Positions 60,013-64,000 of a stretch of 64,000 nt of DNA are shown in pieces. Every line of letters starts with the position of its first letter. The stretch's first letter is position 1. This stretch comes from Psammoneis japonica (lineage: Eukaryota). The position numbers and the translations under genes were made by a program. The notes under the pieces are model-generated. The model saw only the letters and a list, made by a program, of their open reading frames with translations. It did not search any database and was not told where the DNA came from. The stretch spans positions 62,001-126,000 of the forward strand of contig QPGO01000072.1 in the NCBI GenBank assembly GCA_008632985.1. Reading direction: 5' to 3'.

Positions 60013-60388
60013 GCTCGCAGGCGACTTATCTCGACAAGAAAACGTGAATGACTGCGGTGACAAAGGGGACTTCAGATATTCACCTGTTAAGTATCAGGTA
60101 ATAGCTTTAAAAGTCTAGGCTTCCAAAGTGACAGGTTCACTTTCCTAAACTGACGGAGCAAACAAAAACACATTGTGCGGATAGTTTATGACTTCATCTC
60201 TACTAGAGTTGGCGGGCCTGCTACCGTTTCTGATAATCACATGAACATACACCGTGGGTCACTCGCTGTAGTTTCCTGCTTCTGCTTTACGCGAATCAAT
60301 TTCCAGTATCCCTCTTCTGTTGACCCGCAAAACAGCCTCTCAGCGTCCCGAAGCGAATTGATTTTTTTTTGTTGCAGTAGCTCAATTT

Positions 60389-60982
60389 CTAAATGTCTGG
60401 AGATTCACGCCGTGTCTTTCTTAACGTATCCAGCCACTCTTTCCCATCTGTGGTACCAGTGACTGCATGTGTCTCCGCAGATGGAACAGGCACCGCGGTA
60501 TGCTCAGTCGACAGCACCGCCAATGGATAAATTATCCCACCCTTCTCAATGTACGTTGCCCAGTCCAACAGCTCACGTCCACGCAATCCCTCTGGAGGCG
60601 GCAAGAGATTCTTTTGTTGAAGCGCATCTACACTTAACCATGCCGCTCTAAGACTTTCCGAGTCTGCAACTTGTTTCGGATGCTCGTCGGGATTTCGCGG
60701 CTCTGCATAAAAGATGACACGCTGCCGTCCGCCATAGGTTGACATTTCATTCTCGACTCGCAGGATTCCCTTTAGCTCCACCGTAATGCCGGCTTCTTCT
60801 CGCGTCTCCTTGATTGCTGTCGTAAAGTGATTGTCGCCGTTTTCTACAAATCCCCCAGGTAACCACCATCCTCTATTCTTGCTTTCTTCTACAGCCAGCC
60901 AAAGCTTTGTAATTGGATGACGACATACCACCAGCGAGAAGGCGTGCATGGGGCATCCTGAATCTCTATTCCACTTTGCCAT
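60389..60982 (-). CDS. Nudix hydrolase (5' end close to the assembly gap)
   Basis: WWLPGGFVENGDNHFTTAIKETREEAGI Nudix box; LKGILRVE; DSESLRAAW. Confidence 0.82.
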   Translation of the reverse strand: MAKWNRDSGCPMHAFSLVVCRHPITKLWLAVEESKNRGWWLPGGFVENGDNHFTTAIKETREEAGITVELKGILRVENEMSTYGGRQRVIFYAEPRNPDEHPKQVADSESLRAAWLSVDALQQKNLLPPPEGLRGRELLDWATYIEKGGIIYPLAVLSTEHTAVPVPSAETHAVTGTTDGKEWLDTLRKTRRESPDI

Positions 60983-61037
60983 TATCGATTCAAAACGAAG
61001 TAAAAAACTGACAGAGCTAGCAGGTGGACAAGCAATT

Positions 61038-61088
61038 NNNNNNNNNNNNNNNNNNNNNNNNNNNNNNNNNNNNNNNNNNNNNNNNNNN
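61038..61088. other. Assembly gap (51 N)
   Basis: Run of N. Confidence 1.
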
Positions 61089-62572
61089 GATTTTGGGGGG
61101 GTTAGTGACTCCACGAGAGGGGGGGAGGGGAGAGGAGAAAGAAGGAGGAAGAGGAGAGAAAGGAAGGAGAGAGGAAGGGGTTGCGAGGGCAGCGAGCTTG
61201 ATCTAAATTGCGGAAGTGGTTTGAAGAGCGATCCTCACTTCTTTCTCCCTTTTCACCACCCGATGTGTCAGATCTCCGGGTGCTCGCATGTTGAAGTAAT
61301 TTGGCGTGGTGACACCGATGAGACATTGTAGTGTTGAAGTATCTCTAGTATGAATTTTACGTAGAAATCTACGCAATTCAGGAGTTTCCCTCCGACACCA
61401 AACAAAAAATCGACCATGACAGCTGCAAGAGCCGGTAGTTGAAATTGTCGCCGTCACTTGTGATACTGCCGTGACAACAAAGCACGCATTAAAACTCTCT
61501 CTGACAAACGAATATACGAAAAGAGAGGTATGAAAAACGTGAAAAATGGATAAGAAATGCGTTGGTACTTTTGCCATTTTAGAACTCGTCTCTCACTCTT
61601 GCGTTGCAATTTCTGTTCGTTCTTGACAGATTGAAGAGCCCTCCTTTAAGTATTGAGCATTAATGGCGTCTCGTACGCTGATGTTTCGTATTGCAATCGT
61701 TGTGGTTCCAGTCGACTCTTCTCCAGTCGTCAATGAGGGTTTGCTAGTCATCGGGGTGGCGTTTCAGGATTTTTGCAGTATCGCTGCTTGCGGCGCTGCC
61801 TCAGGTGCCATTGACACGCTACTTGAAGAGACTGATGGCCATACATTGATTGTGGGTGCGGTTTGTGTCGTTTTTTTATCTACAATCTACCACTTTGGCT
61901 GGAAAAGTCCGCGTATAAGCGGCAGACGAGGTTGCCCTCGTCTTTAAATAACACGGGCCACTGCCGAGGTTGCTGACTGCAGCAGCGCCTCGGTAATTTT
62001 TTTCTGCAATAATATTCATGTGGCCCCACCTCTGAATATTGAGACGGCTGACGAGAGCCAAGGGGTTGCTCCCCGGTAAGGCGTTGACTGGTACTTCCAA
62101 GGACGGGAGTGCCTTCAATCGCCGCAGACCCGAATCTCCGTTGCGATAGGGTTCACCTGCCCTCAAAGGTGGTTTGGATTGTTAAAGTTTTGCAGCTGGG
62201 TGGCACAGGGAGCAGGTGGCACTGGATCAGTTGTGCAGGAGCATGGGAGTCTACGGTGTTGGAGCAGCTGGTCGTGGTTCTGTTGCATTGCAAACGTTAC
62301 TTTTGTCCTAGAGCTCATCTCTGTGGCATTGTTTCTGACTTCAGTCATTAACAGCGTGTTCCATAGGGCACGCAAGAACGACGGCTGCTTCAGCTCTTAC
62401 GACCACTGCTGCAACTCTTGTGACTACTGCTGTTGTTGCGACTACTGCAACTCTTGCGAACCCGGCTAAAAACAAAGGTTGTTGATACTGTTGGAGTGTA
62501 GGAATCGGCAGCGTTGAAATAAAATAGTGAATCAAAAACTCATGCATAAAATATACCTAGTAATGATAACAT

Positions 62573-64000
62573 CTACCTTCTTGACTGCTGTCTCTTTGGG
62601 CAATCCTTAGAATGCGCTGGTCGACCTCTTGGTCGGCACCCCGTCACGCTGTAGCTTTGCTGCAGCTTGTATTGTAGGAAAGCAGGACAACAGTACGGAT
62701 CAATGTCTCGCTTCCTTTGATCTCGTATTGGATCATTAAGAGTTGAAAGAGCCGGTTGCACTTGATATGGAACAGATGGGAGGGCTGCACTCATGCTCGA
62801 TGCAAAAGCAAGCTGTTGCGAGAGGGTGCTTCTCATGGCTTGCAACATGTTGAACTGCTCCTCGACTTGAACGTGAGCTGCATTAAGCAATGGAGTGGCA
62901 TCCATGCACATAGGTTCAACCGTCACCTCGGGAGCCATCGCAATTTCGGCAATGCCGCTTGTAGGTTCAACGGTTGGCGCCGCTGCAGTTTCCCCATCGT
63001 CACGGTTTCCAACTTCTGATCTTGTTGTTCGCTTGTATGGATTTTGCACCGGTTTCGTCCCACAGAGATTGCACATGCATCGATCTGTCTCGGGGTGTGG
63101 AGCAATCGTTTCATTTCTTGCATTCTGCTCCAGCAGGTACTGGGACAAGAAACGCTCGCCGGTGTCCTCCTCGAGTTCCCTTACATTCGGATATGGCGCT
63201 TTCTTCCCCTTTTTTATTGCAAGGTTATTGATTTCAATTAGATCAAGTACATTCCGATGAGTAACCACGCCCCGAAAGTCGTATGGAATCTTGGCTCGCG
63301 CCGTTGCATCCATTTTCTCGATTCGCTCCTTCTCTTCGATTGTTTCATTGTACAAAACTAATCCTTCCAACGTAAGCAAGTCCATCAATGAATGTCTCAT
63401 TCCGCAATTTCCATAATGTGCCAGTGAATCGTGTGCCTTCTCCAATTTGGATTCTGGTCCTAGCAGCGTTCGCCACTTTACTAGTTTTGCTTTCGACCGC
63501 AGGGACGGCGCTACTGGCCAGTACTGCTCCGACTTCGGCACTGGAGTGTCTAATCCCTTAGAGGTTTCTTTCGCATTCAAAATTGCATCCTTTGTGTCGG
63601 TTGTAAACAGTGTTAGTCCACTGTCTGGATCTAGCCGTCCTCCGGCAGCGGGGGCTCCGTCGGAGGCAGTGCACTTGTATCGAGCAAACCAATCCTCAAG
63701 CAAAGTGAGCCTTTTCTCCAGCGGGTGCCTCCAGAGACGAATGTATTCCTGGTAGTGCTTCCACCTTGAAGAGTGGATGATATCTTGTATCTCCTCGTCA
63801 GAATGCTTTTTGTTGTTTAGAGTGCCATCCTTCAGGGCTTGTATCACAGCTTGGCGGTCGGACCACTCGGCATACGATACGGTCGCCTTAAGATCACTTA
63901 CAGCTTGCCAATAATCAGCATGCTCTTTTCGGAGCGTTCTTACAATTCGATGCATCCAATGAAAGAGCCCGAGCAGACAGATTAGGTTCATTCCGAAAAT
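62573..64000 (-). mobile_element. Partial (5'-truncated by the window edge) transposase-like ORF, Zisupton/KDZ-related (tentative)
   Basis: LFHWMHRI...H.DY...L and SKLEKAHDSLAH resemble the D.WHFMRR...H..Y and SLESFH motifs of Zisupton-like transposases. Cys/His tail DPYCC...GRPAHSKDC. Open frame with normal TA/CG content. Confidence 0.5.

Noticed and set aside
61089..62560. Purine-rich tract and short ORFs, including a Cys-rich one at 62179-62469
   Set aside because: Low-complexity sequence beside a gap; no supported gene model or terminal repeat identified.

Overview
Eukaryotic nuclear DNA, most likely from a diatom. Evidence: short GT-AG introns of about 60-210 nt, a DUF6824-type gene, a silaffin-like KxK/Gly-Ser secreted protein, and diatom-type DIRS and CRE retroelement relics. 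There are about 17 protein-coding loci, one 51-N gap and several single-base frameshifts that look like consensus errors. Two results stand out. (1) Three sharply bounded blocks (about 3.3-6.5, 12.6-19.6 and 52.8-53.9 kb) have lost essentially every TpA dinucleotide, through TA->CA/TG changes that turn conserved Tyr codons into His or Cys, on top of CpG decay. They contain transposon relics and one host-like gene. This looks like a repeat-targeted mutagenesis process running opposite to fungal RIP. (2) The giant E3 ligase UBR4/BIG is present as two divergently oriented genes: an N-terminal part of about 4585 aa on the minus strand and a C-terminal catalytic part of about 1800 aa on the plus strand. 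The geometry is what one roughly 24-kb inversion with a breakpoint inside the gene would produce. All family calls are from motif recognition by eye; no database search was run.
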